A stretch of DNA of 64,000 nt from an uncultured Collinsella sp. (GCA_900541015.1 UQIB01000001.1:23519-87518), one strand, 5' to 3'; shown: positions 10,349-22,383, numbered from the stretch's first letter. The notes: a model not told the origin generated them from the letters alone. Numbers and translations: made by a program.

Positions 10349-10723
10349 ATGTACGCAATCGTTAACACGGGCGGCAAGCAGTACAAGGTCGCCACCGACG
10401 ATGTCATCACCGTCGAGAAGATCGAGGGCAATGAGGGCGACAAGGTCACCCTGCCGGTTATCTTCCTCAACGATGGTAAGAAGATCGTCACCGATCCCGA
10501 CAAGCTGGCCAAGGCCAAGGTTACCGCTCAGATCGTTGAGCAGTTCAAGGGCGAGAAGCAGCTGGTCTTCAAGTTCCACAAGCGCAAGCGCTATCGTCGT
10601 CTGAAGGGTCACCGTCAGCAGCTCACCAAGCTGAAGATCGTGAAGGTTCAGGCTACCTCCCGCGCCAAGAAGGCTGTCAAGGCAGAGGCTGAGGCTGTTG
10701 CCGAGGCTCCCGTCGCCGAGTAG
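10349..10723 (+). CDS. rplU: 50S ribosomal protein L21
   Basis: MYAIVNTGGKQYKV N-terminus; Lys/Ala-rich C-terminal tail. Confidence 0.92.
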   Translation: MYAIVNTGGKQYKVATDDVITVEKIEGNEGDKVTLPVIFLNDGKKIVTDPDKLAKAKVTAQIVEQFKGEKQLVFKFHKRKRYRRLKGHRQQLTKLKIVKVQATSRAKKAVKAEAEAVAEAPVAE

Positions 10724-10756
10724 ATTACACTCGTAACGAAAGAGTAGGTATACACA

Positions 10757-11014
10757 ATGGCACACAAAAAAGGACTCGGTTCCTCCCGTAATGGCCGTGA
10801 CTCCCGCGGTCAGCGCCTTGGCACGAAGCGCTATGCCGGCCAGACGGTAACCACGGGCACGATTCTCGTCCGTCAGCACGGCACGCACATCCACCCGGGT
10901 GAGAACGTTGGCCGTGGTAAGGACGACACGCTGTTCGCGCTGGTCGACGGTACCGTTGAGTTCCACAAGGGTATCAAGCACAGGGTCAGCGTACGCCCGC
11001 TCGCGAACGCGTAA
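10757..11014 (+). CDS. rpmA: 50S ribosomal protein L27
   Basis: [22 protein letters not shown] signature. Confidence 0.95.
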   Translation: MAHKKGLGSSRNGRDSRGQRLGTKRYAGQTVTTGTILVRQHGTHIHPGENVGRGKDDTLFALVDGTVEFHKGIKHRVSVRPLANA

Positions 11015-11039
11015 TTCACCCTTCATAGAGCACATATGT

Positions 11040-11084
11040 GGGAGGCACTTGAGTTTTAGGATTCAAGGGTCTCCCTCTTTTTTG
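11040..11084 (+). terminator. stem-loop (GGGAG...CTCCC) followed by TCTTTTTTG downstream of rpmA; terminator or attenuator before obg
   Basis: Inverted repeat plus T-tract seen directly in sequence. Confidence 0.5.
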
Positions 11085-11087
11085 TAG

Positions 11088-12566
<1,479 letters not shown>

Positions 12567-12569
12567 GCC

Positions 12570-13247
12570 ATGTCGCTGCGCGGTGGAATCGGTCTGCCCG
12601 AGCTTCCTCTAGAGGACGGGCAGGAGTTTAGGCTCGGCATTATGGGTGGCACCTTTGATCCCATCCATTACGGGCACCTGGTGACCGCCGAGCAGGCGCG
12701 CGAGTCGCTCGACTTGGACGCAGTGCTCTTTATGCCGGCGGGCTCTCCTGCCTTTAAGCTTGACAAGCCGGTGACGCCTGCCGAGGACCGTTATGCCATG
12801 ACGGTCCTCGCCACCGCTGCGAACCCGGCCTTTTTGGCGAGTCGGTTCGAGATTGACCGTCCGGGTGTAACCTATACGGCCGATACGCTTCATGCCCTTC
12901 GCGACTTTTACCCGCCGCAGGTAAAGCTCTACTTTATTACGGGCGCCGACGCGATTATCGATATTGTTACCTGGCATGATGCCGAACGAATCGCTGAGCT
13001 TGCTACCTTTATTGCGGCGACACGACCGGGCTTTGATATCGATACGGCGCGTGCCCGAATCAAAGAGTCGGGGCTGCCGTTCGACGTGCGCTATATTCAG
13101 ATTCCGGCGCTGGCGATCAGCTCGACGAACATTCGTAAGCGAGTTGCTCGCGGTATGAGCGTGCGCTATCTTACGAGCGAGTCCGTGCTCGGCTACATTC
13201 GCAAACGCAGGCTATATGCCGATTTGGGCCAAGAAGATTTTGAGTGA
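12570..13247 (+). CDS. nadD: nicotinate-nucleotide adenylyltransferase
   Basis: GGTFDPIHYGHL (H/TxGH) motif. Confidence 0.88.
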   Translation: MSLRGGIGLPELPLEDGQEFRLGIMGGTFDPIHYGHLVTAEQARESLDLDAVLFMPAGSPAFKLDKPVTPAEDRYAMTVLATAANPAFLASRFEIDRPGVTYTADTLHALRDFYPPQVKLYFITGADAIIDIVTWHDAERIAELATFIAATRPGFDIDTARARIKESGLPFDVRYIQIPALAISSTNIRKRVARGMSVRYLTSESVLGYIRKRRLYADLGQEDFE

Positions 13248-13259
13248 TGGGGGTCTACG

Positions 13260-13868
13260 TTGTCGGTAGAGGATCAGTTTGAGGGCGATGAGAGCGCGCT
13301 GCTCAAGCGCATTCAAGAGCTGCTCGATGTTCGCATGAAGGATAAGCGCAAGCGCTATGTGCATTCGCTGGGTGTTGCCGAGACCGCACTTCATCTGGCC
13401 GAGGTCTACGGCGTTGACCGCTTTGATGCCGCTGCTGCCGGTCTGATCCATGACTGGGACAAAGTGCTCTCCGACGACGAGCTGGTTACGCGCGCTCTGC
13501 ATTACGGCATTAAGATTGCCGGCTCTCCGTCTGCCGCGACGCCGCTTTTGCATGGCCCGGTTGCCGCCTATGAGCTTCCGCAGCTTTTTCCCGAGCTGTC
13601 GCCGGCGGTCTTTCAGGCTGTCGACCGTCACACCGTGGGCGCTTGCGACATGACGCCGCTCGATATGGTGGTCTTTGTGGCCGATGCTATCGAACCCAAC
13701 CGCCACGGCGATTATGCCCATGCGCTGCGCAAGATGGTGGGGAAGTCCTCGCTCGACGAGTTGTTCTTCTCCTGTTTTGCGCAGGGTCTGGTCTATGTGA
13801 TCCAGTCCGGGCGTTATCTTTATCCCACGGCTATTATGATTTACAACCATTACGCCCAGCTGCGCTAG
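13260..13868 (+). CDS. yqeK: HD-domain bis(5'-nucleosyl)-tetraphosphatase YqeK
   Basis: HSLGVAETA and LIHDWDK HD motifs; conserved position after nadD; TTG start. Confidence 0.8.
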   Translation: MSVEDQFEGDESALLKRIQELLDVRMKDKRKRYVHSLGVAETALHLAEVYGVDRFDAAAAGLIHDWDKVLSDDELVTRALHYGIKIAGSPSAATPLLHGPVAAYELPQLFPELSPAVFQAVDRHTVGACDMTPLDMVVFVADAIEPNRHGDYAHALRKMVGKSSLDELFFSCFAQGLVYVIQSGRYLYPTAIMIYNHYAQLR

Positions 13869-13895
13869 CTTGGGCTGTCTAGAAAGAGGTATTCC

Positions 13896-14351
13896 ATGGC
13901 CGATGAGACCATGACCGACGATCAGATTCTTGAAGGTGTGGAGCACAAGAGTTTTGTTGCCACGTCCGACCGCACCGCTGCCTCGCTGTCCGCGAGCGGT
14001 GTTGCCGCCGAGGATGTCGCCCGCGCCGCCGCGCAGGCCGCCTACGACAAGAAGGGCGAGGACGTTCAGGTGCTCGACCTGACCGAGCTTTCCGACGTAT
14101 GCGACTACTTTGTGCTTGCCACCGGTACCAACAACCGCCAGGTCGATTCTATCGTCGACGAGATCGAGGAGAAGGTCGCCGAGGCTTGCGGCGAGCATCC
14201 GTTCTCCATCGAGGGCCGCGAGCAGAAGACCTGGATGCTCATGGACTACGGTTCGGTTGTCGTCCACGTCTTCACTCCTGAAGCCCGCGACTTCTACCGC
14301 CTAGAAAAGCTCTGGGGCGACGCCCCCCAGCTCCCCCTCAACCTCCTCTAG
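13896..14351 (+). CDS. rsfS: ribosomal silencing factor RsfS (Iojap)
   Basis: VLDLTELSDVCDYFVLATGTNNRQV...WMLMDYGSVVVHVF core; conserved nadD-yqeK-rsfS order. Confidence 0.85.
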   Translation: MADETMTDDQILEGVEHKSFVATSDRTAASLSASGVAAEDVARAAAQAAYDKKGEDVQVLDLTELSDVCDYFVLATGTNNRQVDSIVDEIEEKVAEACGEHPFSIEGREQKTWMLMDYGSVVVHVFTPEARDFYRLEKLWGDAPQLPLNLL

Positions 14352-14391
14352 TAGCTCATTTGAGACGGGGTTAGCTACCCTCACGCATATC

Positions 14392-14434
14392 GCCGGGCAG
14401 GTGCGGTTTTCCGCACCTGCCCGGCTTTCTTTTT
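14392..14434. terminator. bidirectional intrinsic terminator between rsfS (+) and dinB (−)
   Basis: Perfect 15-bp stem GCCGGGCAGGTGCGG-TTTT-CCGCACCTGCCCGGC followed by TTTCTTTTT. Confidence 0.8.
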
Positions 14435-14446
14435 GCCCAAAGGCGG

Positions 14447-15700
14447 TTAATCGTTGAAGCGGGATTGGCGGCCGAAGGAAAGGGCGGTGTCGCCGAATTT
14501 GTCTCGGACGGCGTCGATGGCGACGGAGAGGTCGCGGCGGTCGCTGGATTGGGCTCCGCGGTCATCGATCTCGCAGAACAGGTCGGTCTGGATGCCGCCT
14601 TGGTGGTCGAAGTCGCTCATGCCGATGCCCACTAAGCGAACATGCATGCCTTCCTGCCAGATGTTGTCGAGAAGGTCGAGTGCAACCGCCACGAAGATGT
14701 TCTCATCGTCGGTCGGATGAGGCAGCCGGCGCTGTGCCGTACGTCCGCTGCCATACGAATACTTAAGCTTGAGCGTTACCGTGGCACCCGTCAGCCCCTG
14801 ACGGCGCAGGCGGCGTCCCACTGACTCTCCCAACAGCGCAATCGCCGCCTCAATATCCCCACGCTCAGTCAAATCTTTAGCAAAGGTGCGTTCATTGCTG
14901 ACCGACTTGACCTCGCGCTCCTCATCGAGACTCGTGACTTCGGAGATTTCGAGTCCCAACGCACGCTTGCGCATGCGTTCGCCGTTGACGCCAAAAATAG
15001 AGGCCAAGGTGGATTCTGGTGCACGTGATAGCTCGCCGAGGGTGTAGATGCGCATGCGGCGCAGTCGCTCCTCGGCCGAGCGCCCGATGCCGCTCATGGC
15101 AGATACCGGCAGCGCGGCCAAAAAGCGCTGCTCGGTTCCGGGGCGCACGATGGTCAGCCCGAACGGCTTATCCCGCTCGCTTGCGATCTTTGCGACCGTC
15201 TTGTTGCAGCCCACGCCAATGGAACAGGTCACTCCCAGCCCTGCCACGCGGTCGCTTATACGTCGCGCAACCAGCAGCGGGTCTTCGGGCGCAAAGCGAC
15301 CCGGTGTGATATCGATAAAGGCTTCGTCGATGGATACGCGCTCCACGCGCGGCGTCTCCTCGGCAAGAATCGCCATGACCTGCGCGCTCACCTCGCGGTA
15401 GCGATCAAAATGCCCATGCGTCCAAATGGCTTGCGGGCACAAGCGCCGCGCCTCGGCCGAGGCCATGGCAGAGTGCACGCCAAAGCGACGTGCCTCATAC
15501 GAACACGTGGACACGACGCCGCGCGAATCGGCGTCTCCGCCCACGATGAGCGGCTTTCCGCGCCATTCGGGATGATCGAGCATTTCCACGCTCGCAAAAA
15601 ACGCATCGAGGTCCATCAGGCCCACCGCTGGACCCGTCCAGGGAGGCGGCGTGACGCCCATGGCATCCTCATAACCGTATGTATGTTCGCGTCTTTCCAT
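14447..15700 (-). CDS. dinB: DNA polymerase IV (Y-family translesion polymerase)
   Basis: LMDLDAFFASVEMLDHPEW...CSYEARRFGVHSAM N-terminal region typical of DinB; true start is probably the internal Met near 15661. Confidence 0.85.
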   Translation of the reverse strand: MERREHTYGYEDAMGVTPPPWTGPAVGLMDLDAFFASVEMLDHPEWRGKPLIVGGDADSRGVVSTCSYEARRFGVHSAMASAEARRLCPQAIWTHGHFDRYREVSAQVMAILAEETPRVERVSIDEAFIDITPGRFAPEDPLLVARRISDRVAGLGVTCSIGVGCNKTVAKIASERDKPFGLTIVRPGTEQRFLAALPVSAMSGIGRSAEERLRRMRIYTLGELSRAPESTLASIFGVNGERMRKRALGLEISEVTSLDEEREVKSVSNERTFAKDLTERGDIEAAIALLGESVGRRLRRQGLTGATVTLKLKYSYGSGRTAQRRLPHPTDDENIFVAVALDLLDNIWQEGMHVRLVGIGMSDFDHQGGIQTDLFCEIDDRGAQSSDRRDLSVAIDAVRDKFGDTALSFGRQSRFND

Positions 15701-15901
15701 GTCATGAGTATACCGCGCAGCTCATGTGGGGTGCGTGTATGTGCTTGCAAATCCCGAATTCTTGTCTAAGATATGGATTTGCCCTCGACTACACCGAAGA
15801 AGTTGGTCTCACGGACTTCACCTGCCCGCGTCGATGGCGTATTATGTTCAACTGTTTGTTTGTAGTTGCAGCCTAAAGCTGCTTGGTTGGAGGAGTTTCC
15901 T

Positions 15902-16243
15902 TTGGCAGTCAAGATTCGCCTTGCTCGTCACGGCGCTAAGAAGCGTCCGTACTACCGTGTCGTCGTCGCCGATTCCCGCGCCCCGCGTGACGGTCGTATC
16001 ATCGAGGAGGTTGGCCGCTACAACCCGATGACCGCCCCCAAGACCATCAACCTCGACCTCGAGAAGATCGCCGACTGGCAGTCCAAGGGCGCTCAGCTCA
16101 CCGACGCCGTCGCCGCTCTGGTCAAGGCCGCCAACGAGGGCGAGAAGACCGAGACCGTCGTCAAGAAGTCCAAGAAGCAGCTCGCCAAAGAGGCCGAGGC
16201 CGCTAAGGCTGCCGCTGAGGCCGCTGAGGGCGCCGAGGAGTAA
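15902..16243 (+). CDS. rpsP: 30S ribosomal protein S16 with an Ala/Glu/Lys-rich C-terminal extension
   Basis: [25 protein letters not shown]; TTG start 6 nt after GGAGGAG. Confidence 0.9.
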   Translation: MAVKIRLARHGAKKRPYYRVVVADSRAPRDGRIIEEVGRYNPMTAPKTINLDLEKIADWQSKGAQLTDAVAALVKAANEGEKTETVVKKSKKQLAKEAEAAKAAAEAAEGAEE

Positions 16244-16285
16244 ATCGTGCCTGAGGTTGACGCTGCACAGCTCGAGGGTGAGGCA

Positions 16286-16531
16286 ATGCTCTCAGATCGC
16301 ATCGCCGATCTCGTCGAATATCTCGTTGTTCAGATCGTCGACGACCCGGATTCCGTGAGCCTTGAGGTCATCGATGGTGACGACGCCTCTACGATTGAGG
16401 TTTCGGTCGCCGAGGATGACGTCGCTAAGGTCATCGGCCGTCGTGGCCGTACCATTAAGGCCATTCGCACGCTCGCCCGTGCACTGGCCGCTCGCCTCGA
16501 CACTGCTGTCGAGGTAGAGGTTCTGGGCTAG
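16286..16531 (+). CDS. KH-domain RNA-binding protein (YlqC/UPF0109)
   Basis: VIGRRGRTIKAIRTL GxxG KH motif; conserved rpsP-KH-rimM-trmD order; ORF could extend to a GTG at 16247. Confidence 0.8.
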   Translation: MLSDRIADLVEYLVVQIVDDPDSVSLEVIDGDDASTIEVSVAEDDVAKVIGRRGRTIKAIRTLARALAARLDTAVEVEVLG

Positions 16532-16535
16532 GACC

Positions 16536-17057
16536 TTGAGGTCCCAGTACAAAAACATCGCCCGTGTGGTCAAGCCGCACGGAAGGAAGGGGGAGGTCCT
16601 CGCGCAGCCGCTGCGGGGGCTTCCTTCTGTATTAGAGCCGGGTATGCGCGTCGCCCTGACGCCGCCGGCGCTCAAGCGCGACCGCTTTTGCACGGTCGTG
16701 TCCGTCACCGATACGGGCGATGGCGATCTGGTCTCGTTTGAGGGCATTGACGACTTGACGGCCGCCGAGGGCATCACGGGATGCTACGTGCTGGCAAATC
16801 GTGACGATTTTGAGGTCGATTCGCTCGACGCTGCCTATACCGACCTGATGGGTCGCGAGGTGGTCGACGAGCGCTTCGGTTCGCTCGGCACGATCGTTGA
16901 GATCATGTCGACGCCCGCTAACGATGTTTGGGTTGTCGAGGGTGATCGGTACGGCGAGGTACTGATTCCCGTGATCGAGCAGGTTGTGCTCGATCTTCCC
17001 GACACAGGAACAATTTCCGTCCACGTGATGGACGGCCTGATCGATATGGACAAGTAG
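16536..17057 (+). CDS. rimM: 16S rRNA processing protein RimM
   Basis: ARVVKPHGRKGEV N-terminal motif; PRC-barrel-like C-terminus; TTG start. Confidence 0.85.
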   Translation: MRSQYKNIARVVKPHGRKGEVLAQPLRGLPSVLEPGMRVALTPPALKRDRFCTVVSVTDTGDGDLVSFEGIDDLTAAEGITGCYVLANRDDFEVDSLDAAYTDLMGREVVDERFGSLGTIVEIMSTPANDVWVVEGDRYGEVLIPVIEQVVLDLPDTGTISVHVMDGLIDMDK

Positions 17058-17067
17058 GGAGGACAAC

Positions 17068-17826
17068 ATGCTGATTGAGACCCTTTCGGTCTTTCCCGAG
17101 ATGTTTGAGCCCGTCATGTCAACGTCGATTTTGGGCCGCGCCCGCAAGGCCGGCCTTTTTGATTTTAAGGCGTATAACCTGCGCGACTGGACGCACGACC
17201 GCCATCGTACCGTCGATGACGAGCCGTACGGCGGCGGGCAGGGCATGCTCATGAAGGTCGAGCCTATCGCCGAGGCCATCGAGGCCATTAGCGCAGAGGG
17301 TCCCAAGCCCACTGTGGTGTTCTTTACCCCCTGTGGCGAGCCTTTTACGCAGCATGTGGCCGAGCGCCTGCTCAAAAGTGAGCGCCTGCTGTTTGTGTGC
17401 AGTCGCTACGAGGGCGTCGACGAGCGCGCGTATGCGTATGCCGATGAGCGTCTGTCGATCGGCGACTATGTGCTCACGGGCGGCGAACTTCCCGCTATGG
17501 TCGTTACCGATGCCGTCGTACGCCTGATTCCCGGCGCCCTGGGCGACGAGATGAGCAACGTCGACGAGTCGTTCTCGACCGCCGAGGACGGAGGCCTGCT
17601 CGAGTACGCGCAGTACACCCGTCCCGCCGAGTTCAACGGCGAGGGCGTGCCGCCGGTGCTTGTGAGCGGCGATCACGCCAAGGTCGATGCCTGGCGTCGC
17701 AAGAACGCCATCGAGCGCACCTGCCGCTGGCGTCCCGATCTGATCGAGACAGCGCGGCTCACGCCCGAGGAGCGCGCTTACGCGCAGGAGATTTTGGACG
17801 CTTCGTATTCGCAGAGCGAGGAGTGA
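17068..17826 (+). CDS. trmD: tRNA (guanine37-N1)-methyltransferase
   Basis: IETLSVFPEMF...DDEPYGGGQGMLM SPOUT motifs. Confidence 0.9.
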   Translation: MLIETLSVFPEMFEPVMSTSILGRARKAGLFDFKAYNLRDWTHDRHRTVDDEPYGGGQGMLMKVEPIAEAIEAISAEGPKPTVVFFTPCGEPFTQHVAERLLKSERLLFVCSRYEGVDERAYAYADERLSIGDYVLTGGELPAMVVTDAVVRLIPGALGDEMSNVDESFSTAEDGGLLEYAQYTRPAEFNGEGVPPVLVSGDHAKVDAWRRKNAIERTCRWRPDLIETARLTPEERAYAQEILDASYSQSEE

Positions 17827-18392
17827 GAATGGTTCCATCGCAGCATTCCGCGTTGAGGGGCGCTTTTGAGTGGATCGCGGTCATCGCGATCGCGCTTGTG
17901 GCCACGTTCCTGATCCGTACCTTTGTGGTCGAGCCCTTTGTGGTGCCCACCGGCTCCATGGAGTCCACGATCGAGATTGGCGACCAGATCCTGGCACAAA
18001 AGGTGAGCCTCGAGCTCGGTCAGCCCGTCAAGCAGGGCGATATCGTGGTGTTTCACAACCCCGATGGCACCTCCGAGCATGATGTTCTTGTCAAGCGTGT
18101 TATTGCCACGGCCGGCCAGACGGTCGACCTGCAGGATGGCAAGGTGGTCGTTGACGGCCAAGCGCTCGACGAGGACTATACGACGGGCATGAGCTGGCCG
18201 CTTTCGGTCCAAGCGCCCGGTGCTCAGGTGAGCTATCCCTACACCGTTCCCGACGGGTGCGTGTGGGTGATGGGCGACAACCGCGAAAACTCTGCCGACT
18301 CACGCTACTTTGGTCCCGTCGACCGCTCCGAATTGATCGCTGTGGCACTCGTTCGCTACTGGCCGCTCAACCGCATCGGCGCTATCGACTAA
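17823..18392 (+). CDS. lepB: signal peptidase I
   Basis: N-terminal TM helix; catalytic GSMESTI Ser box and VKRVIA Lys box; GDNRENSADSRYFG. Confidence 0.88.
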   Translation: MRMVPSQHSALRGAFEWIAVIAIALVATFLIRTFVVEPFVVPTGSMESTIEIGDQILAQKVSLELGQPVKQGDIVVFHNPDGTSEHDVLVKRVIATAGQTVDLQDGKVVVDGQALDEDYTTGMSWPLSVQAPGAQVSYPYTVPDGCVWVMGDNRENSADSRYFGPVDRSELIAVALVRYWPLNRIGAID

Positions 18393-18451
18393 AAACCGCT
18401 ATAGTACAGTACCTAACCGTGTAATCGTTTCGACGAGGGGATATTAGAGGC

Positions 18452-19363
18452 ATGAACGCTTCATCGCTTTCCTTCCAAGACATCATCCTGCGCCTCCAGC
18501 AGTACTGGGGCGAGCAGGGCTGCGTCATTATGCAGCCCTATGACTCCGAGGTCGGTGCCGGTACCTTCCATACCGCGACCACGCTGCGCTCGCTCGGTCC
18601 CGCCGAGTGGCGCACCTGCTATGCGCAGCCTTGCCGCCGTCCCGCCGACGGCCGCTACGGCGAGAACCCCAACCGCATGCAGCACTACTATCAGTTCCAG
18701 GTGCTCATCAAGCCCTCACCGGTCAACGCCCAGGAGCTTTACCTGGGGTCTCTTGCCGCTATCGGTCTGGACCCCAACGACCATGACGTCCGCTTTGTCG
18801 AGGACGACTGGGAGAGCCCGACGCTCGGCGCCTGGGGCCTTGGCTGGGAGGTCTGGCTCAACGGCATGGAGGTCACGCAGTTTACGTACTTCCAGCAGGT
18901 AGGCGGCATCGAGGTCGACCCCGTACCCGTCGAGATCACCTATGGCCTAGAGCGCATTGCCATGTATGCGCAGGGCGTTAACTCGGTCTACGACTTGGTG
19001 TGGAGCTACCTGCCCGACGGCACGCCCATGACCTATGGCGACGTGTTCCTCGAGAACGAGCGCGAGTTCAGTGCCTATAACTTTGAGGTCGCAAACGTCG
19101 AGATGATGCGTCAGAAGTTTGATGACTACGAGGCCGAGTGCCATTCCTGCCTGGAGCGCAAGCTGCCGCTGCCGGCATATGACTGCGTCATGAAGTGCAG
19201 CCACGCTTTCAACCTGCTCGATGCCCGCGGCGCCCTGTCCGCGGTCGAGCGTGCCAACTACATCCTGCGCGTCCGCGCCGTCGCCAAGGCGTGCTGCGAG
19301 GCCTACATGGCCGAGGTCGCCGGAGTCAACGAGAATGCCGACCAGGAAGGCGAGGTGGCGTAA
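18452..19363 (+). CDS. glyQ: glycine--tRNA ligase alpha subunit
   Basis: [25 protein letters not shown]-terminus, highly conserved in GlyQ. Confidence 0.93.
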   Translation: MNASSLSFQDIILRLQQYWGEQGCVIMQPYDSEVGAGTFHTATTLRSLGPAEWRTCYAQPCRRPADGRYGENPNRMQHYYQFQVLIKPSPVNAQELYLGSLAAIGLDPNDHDVRFVEDDWESPTLGAWGLGWEVWLNGMEVTQFTYFQQVGGIEVDPVPVEITYGLERIAMYAQGVNSVYDLVWSYLPDGTPMTYGDVFLENEREFSAYNFEVANVEMMRQKFDDYEAECHSCLERKLPLPAYDCVMKCSHAFNLLDARGALSAVERANYILRVRAVAKACCEAYMAEVAGVNENADQEGEVA

Positions 19364-19366
19364 GCC

Positions 19367-21463
19367 ATGGCAGACGCTAAGGATTTCCTGTTTGAGATCG
19401 GTACGGAGGAAATGCCCTCCGCACCGCTGAACAATGCCGTCAAGCAGCTTGGCACCATGATCGCCAAGGGTCTCGACGAGGCCGGTCTGGCTCACGGCGA
19501 GGTCCGCGTGATCTCGAGCCCGCGTCGTCTTGCCGCGCTCGTGGCTAATGTTGCCACCGCGACCGATGAGGTTCACGAGGTCAAGCGCGGTCCCGCGGCA
19601 AACATTGCCTTTGATGCCGACGGCAACGCCACTAAGGCCGCCCAGGGCTTTGCCCGCAAGTGCGGTGTGGCTGCCGAGGATCTGGTCCGTCGCGAGGACA
19701 CCGACGGTCGCGAGTATGTGTTCGCCGAGAAGAACATTCCCTCCGCACCGGCTACCCCGATCCTGACGGCCCTGTGCGAGAAGACCATCGCCGGCCTGCA
19801 GTGGCCCAACTACCGCTCCCAGCGCTGGGGCCACGAGCACGCGACGTTCGTGCGTCCTGTCCGCTGGATCTGCTGCCTTTTGGGCGAGGATGTTGTGCCC
19901 GTGTCGTTTGCTGACGTGACGAGTGGCAACATCACGCGCGGTCATCGCGTACTTGGCCCTGGCGACCATGTGGTTGCCAGCCCCGCTGTTTACGAGCAGG
20001 TGCTCGAGGACGCCGGTGTGCTTTCTGCCGAGCGTCGTCGTGAGGCCATCCTCGCCGGTATCGCCGAGGTCGAGGCTGCCCGTCCCGGCTGCCATGTCGA
20101 TACGCCCAAGAAGGTCTTTGAGGAGGTCATTAACCTCTGCGAGTGGCCGACGGTGCTCGTCGGTACCTTCGATGAGGAGTTTCTCAATGTCCCGCACGAG
20201 ATTATCTGCGAGTCCATGCTCACCAACCAGCGCTACTTCCCGATCTATGACGGCGAGGGCAAGCTCACGCGTGAGTTCGTGGTCGTTTCCAACAGCAAGC
20301 CCGAGAATGCCGAGCGCGTGATTGACGGCAACGAGCGCGTCGTGCGCGCCCGTCTGGACGACGCCAAGTTCTTCTACGAGGAGGACCTGAAGATCTCCCT
20401 CGACGAGTTCCGCGAGCGTCTGGCCAAGGTCGCCTTCCAGGAGAAGCTCGGTAGCGTGCTCGCCAAGTCCGAGCGTATTGAGCAGCTCGCGCTCGCCATC
20501 GCCCGCGAGGCCCATCTGGGTGCCCACCTTGCCGCCGATGCCGCTCGCGCCGCTCACCTGTGCAAGGCCGACCTGGTATCGAACGCCGTCGTTGAGTTCA
20601 CGAGCCAGCAGGGCGTGATGGGCGGTTATTACGCCTCCGCGATGGGGGAGAACGACGAGGTCGCCCACGCCATTCGCGATCATTATCGTCCCCGCTTCGC
20701 CGGCGATGAGCTGCCCGAGGGCACCGCTGGCTGCATCGTGGCCTGTGCCGACAAGCTCGATACCATCGCCGGTATTTTTGCCATCGGCGAGCCCCCGACC
20801 GGCTCTTCGGACCCCTACGCGCTGCGTCGTGCCGCTATCGGCATCATCAATATCCTGCGCGACCGTCTGCCGATCGACCCCACGTCGCTTATCGACTTCG
20901 CCCTCGAGCTCTATGGCGAGCAGGGCATTGAGTTCGACGCCGCCGAGGTCGCCCAGCAGGTTCGTGACTTCTTCCATGGCCGCCTGGTGAGCATGGCCCG
21001 CGACGAAAAGATCCCGGCCGATACCGTTGCCGCCGTCTCTGCAGTGCACATCATCGCCCCGTCCGTCTTCTTCGCCCGCTGCGCCGCCCTCGACGAGGCC
21101 CGCAAGAACGACGCTGAGACGTTCGACAACCTGGCGACCGCCTATGCCCGCGCCGCGCACATCTCCAAGCCCGAGCTGGGTGCGAAGTACGACCGCAGCC
21201 TGATGGGCGAGGCCGAGCTCGCGCTTGCCGACGCCTCCGAGGCTGCTCAGACCGCTGTAGATGCCGCCCTTGCTGCCGAGGACTACCCGGCCGCATTTGC
21301 CGCCCTCGCCGCCCTGCGTGCTCCCATTGACCGCTTCTTCGACGAGGTTATGGTCATGGACAAGGACGAGCAGCTCCGCGATAATCGCCTTAAGCTGCTC
21401 AACCGCTTCGAGGCCGTTTTCTCCGGCATCGCCAACATCGGTGAGCTTGCCCGCAAAAAGTAA
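19367..21463 (+). CDS. glyS: glycine--tRNA ligase beta subunit
   Basis: 698-aa ORF directly after glyQ; conserved MPSAP N-terminal region. Confidence 0.9.
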   Translation: MADAKDFLFEIGTEEMPSAPLNNAVKQLGTMIAKGLDEAGLAHGEVRVISSPRRLAALVANVATATDEVHEVKRGPAANIAFDADGNATKAAQGFARKCGVAAEDLVRREDTDGREYVFAEKNIPSAPATPILTALCEKTIAGLQWPNYRSQRWGHEHATFVRPVRWICCLLGEDVVPVSFADVTSGNITRGHRVLGPGDHVVASPAVYEQVLEDAGVLSAERRREAILAGIAEVEAARPGCHVDTPKKVFEEVINLCEWPTVLVGTFDEEFLNVPHEIICESMLTNQRYFPIYDGEGKLTREFVVVSNSKPENAERVIDGNERVVRARLDDAKFFYEEDLKISLDEFRERLAKVAFQEKLGSVLAKSERIEQLALAIAREAHLGAHLAADAARAAHLCKADLVSNAVVEFTSQQGVMGGYYASAMGENDEVAHAIRDHYRPRFAGDELPEGTAGCIVACADKLDTIAGIFAIGEPPTGSSDPYALRRAAIGIINILRDRLPIDPTSLIDFALELYGEQGIEFDAAEVAQQVRDFFHGRLVSMARDEKIPADTVAAVSAVHIIAPSVFFARCAALDEARKNDAETFDNLATAYARAAHISKPELGAKYDRSLMGEAELALADASEAAQTAVDAALAAEDYPAAFAALAALRAPIDRFFDEVMVMDKDEQLRDNRLKLLNRFEAVFSGIANIGELARKK

Positions 21464-21497
21464 GCCAGCCTGCGCATAAGCGCAAAAGGAGCCCCGC

Positions 21498-22373
21498 ATG
21501 GATTGCCCGGTCACCGCTCGTCCCACCGTCATCGTTATCTCCGACTCGCTCGGTGATACCGCTTGTGAGGTGGTGCTTGCGGCGTCCGGGCAATTTGATG
21601 AAGGGGCTTTTCGCGTTTTGCGCCTGCCCAAGGTGACCTCCGTGGAGCAGGTCAAGTCATTTGTGGGGCCGCGTGTCGATGCGGACCATCGCGATATCGC
21701 CGTGTTCCACACCATTGTCGATCCGGCGCTTCGCGCCCGCGTGCTCGATTACCTGGGTATGCTGCATATCCGTTCGGTCGACCTGATCGGCCCGACGCTC
21801 GCCGTGCTGTCGTCGCTCATCGGTGTGTCGCCAAAGGGCGTCGCGGGCGTGATTCACAAGACTGATGACCGCTATTTCCATCGTATCGAGGCCATGGAGT
21901 ATTTCGTTGAGCACGATGATGGACGCGGCTGCGACGACCTTTCGGGAGCCGATATCGTGCTGCTGGGCGTATCCCGCACGTCCAAGACGCCGCTGTCGAT
22001 GTATTTGGCCTATCAGGGTTACAAGGTTGCCAATGTTCCGTTGGCCCATGGCATGGAGCCGCCGAAGTCGATTTACGAGGTTGACCCGACGCGCCTGTTC
22101 GGCCTGATTTCGACCGTCGACGTTATTTCTGAGATTCGCGATAGCCGCTTGGGCGATGATTACGCCCGTGCCGTTGCCGGCTCCTATGCCGAGCCCGAGA
22201 GTGTGCGCAGCGAGCTCGAGGAAGCCCGTGCCCTCATGAAGCGCCTAGGCTGCTTTGTGGTGCGTACCGATGGCAAGGCGATCGAGGAGAGTGCCTCCGA
22301 GATCATTAGCCACTTGGAGGAAATCCAAGAAGTCCGCGCCCGCCGCGCCGCCCGCCGAGCCCAGCAAAGCTAG
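21498..22373 (+). CDS. pyruvate phosphate dikinase regulatory protein (PDRP; bifunctional kinase/pyrophosphorylase, DUF299)
   Basis: VIVISDSLGDTA N-terminus and P-loop GVSRTSKTPLSMYLA; directly upstream of ppdK. Confidence 0.85.
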   Translation: MDCPVTARPTVIVISDSLGDTACEVVLAASGQFDEGAFRVLRLPKVTSVEQVKSFVGPRVDADHRDIAVFHTIVDPALRARVLDYLGMLHIRSVDLIGPTLAVLSSLIGVSPKGVAGVIHKTDDRYFHRIEAMEYFVEHDDGRGCDDLSGADIVLLGVSRTSKTPLSMYLAYQGYKVANVPLAHGMEPPKSIYEVDPTRLFGLISTVDVISEIRDSRLGDDYARAVAGSYAEPESVRSELEEARALMKRLGCFVVRTDGKAIEESASEIISHLEEIQEVRARRAARRAQQS

Positions 22374-22383
22374 CTCATTGGGG

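Noticed and set aside
15662-15760. Possible SOS (LexA) box CGTATGTATGTTCG upstream of dinB.
   Set aside because: Only the GTTCG half-site matches the Gram-positive CGAAC-N4-GTTCG consensus and three positions in the other half differ. That is too degenerate to call without genome-wide motif evidence.
18947-21715. 922-aa − strand ORF antisense to glyS. Similar very long antisense ORFs lie at 43608-46253 (+, antisense to adhE), 32382-33884 (−, antisense to rpsB/tsf), 8348-9439 (−) and 22628-25285 (−).
   Set aside because: Their translations are low-complexity Gly/Ala/Val/Leu/Asp-rich with no motifs, and the opposite strands encode unmistakable conserved proteins. Open antisense frames are expected by chance in ~62% GC DNA with GC-rich third positions.
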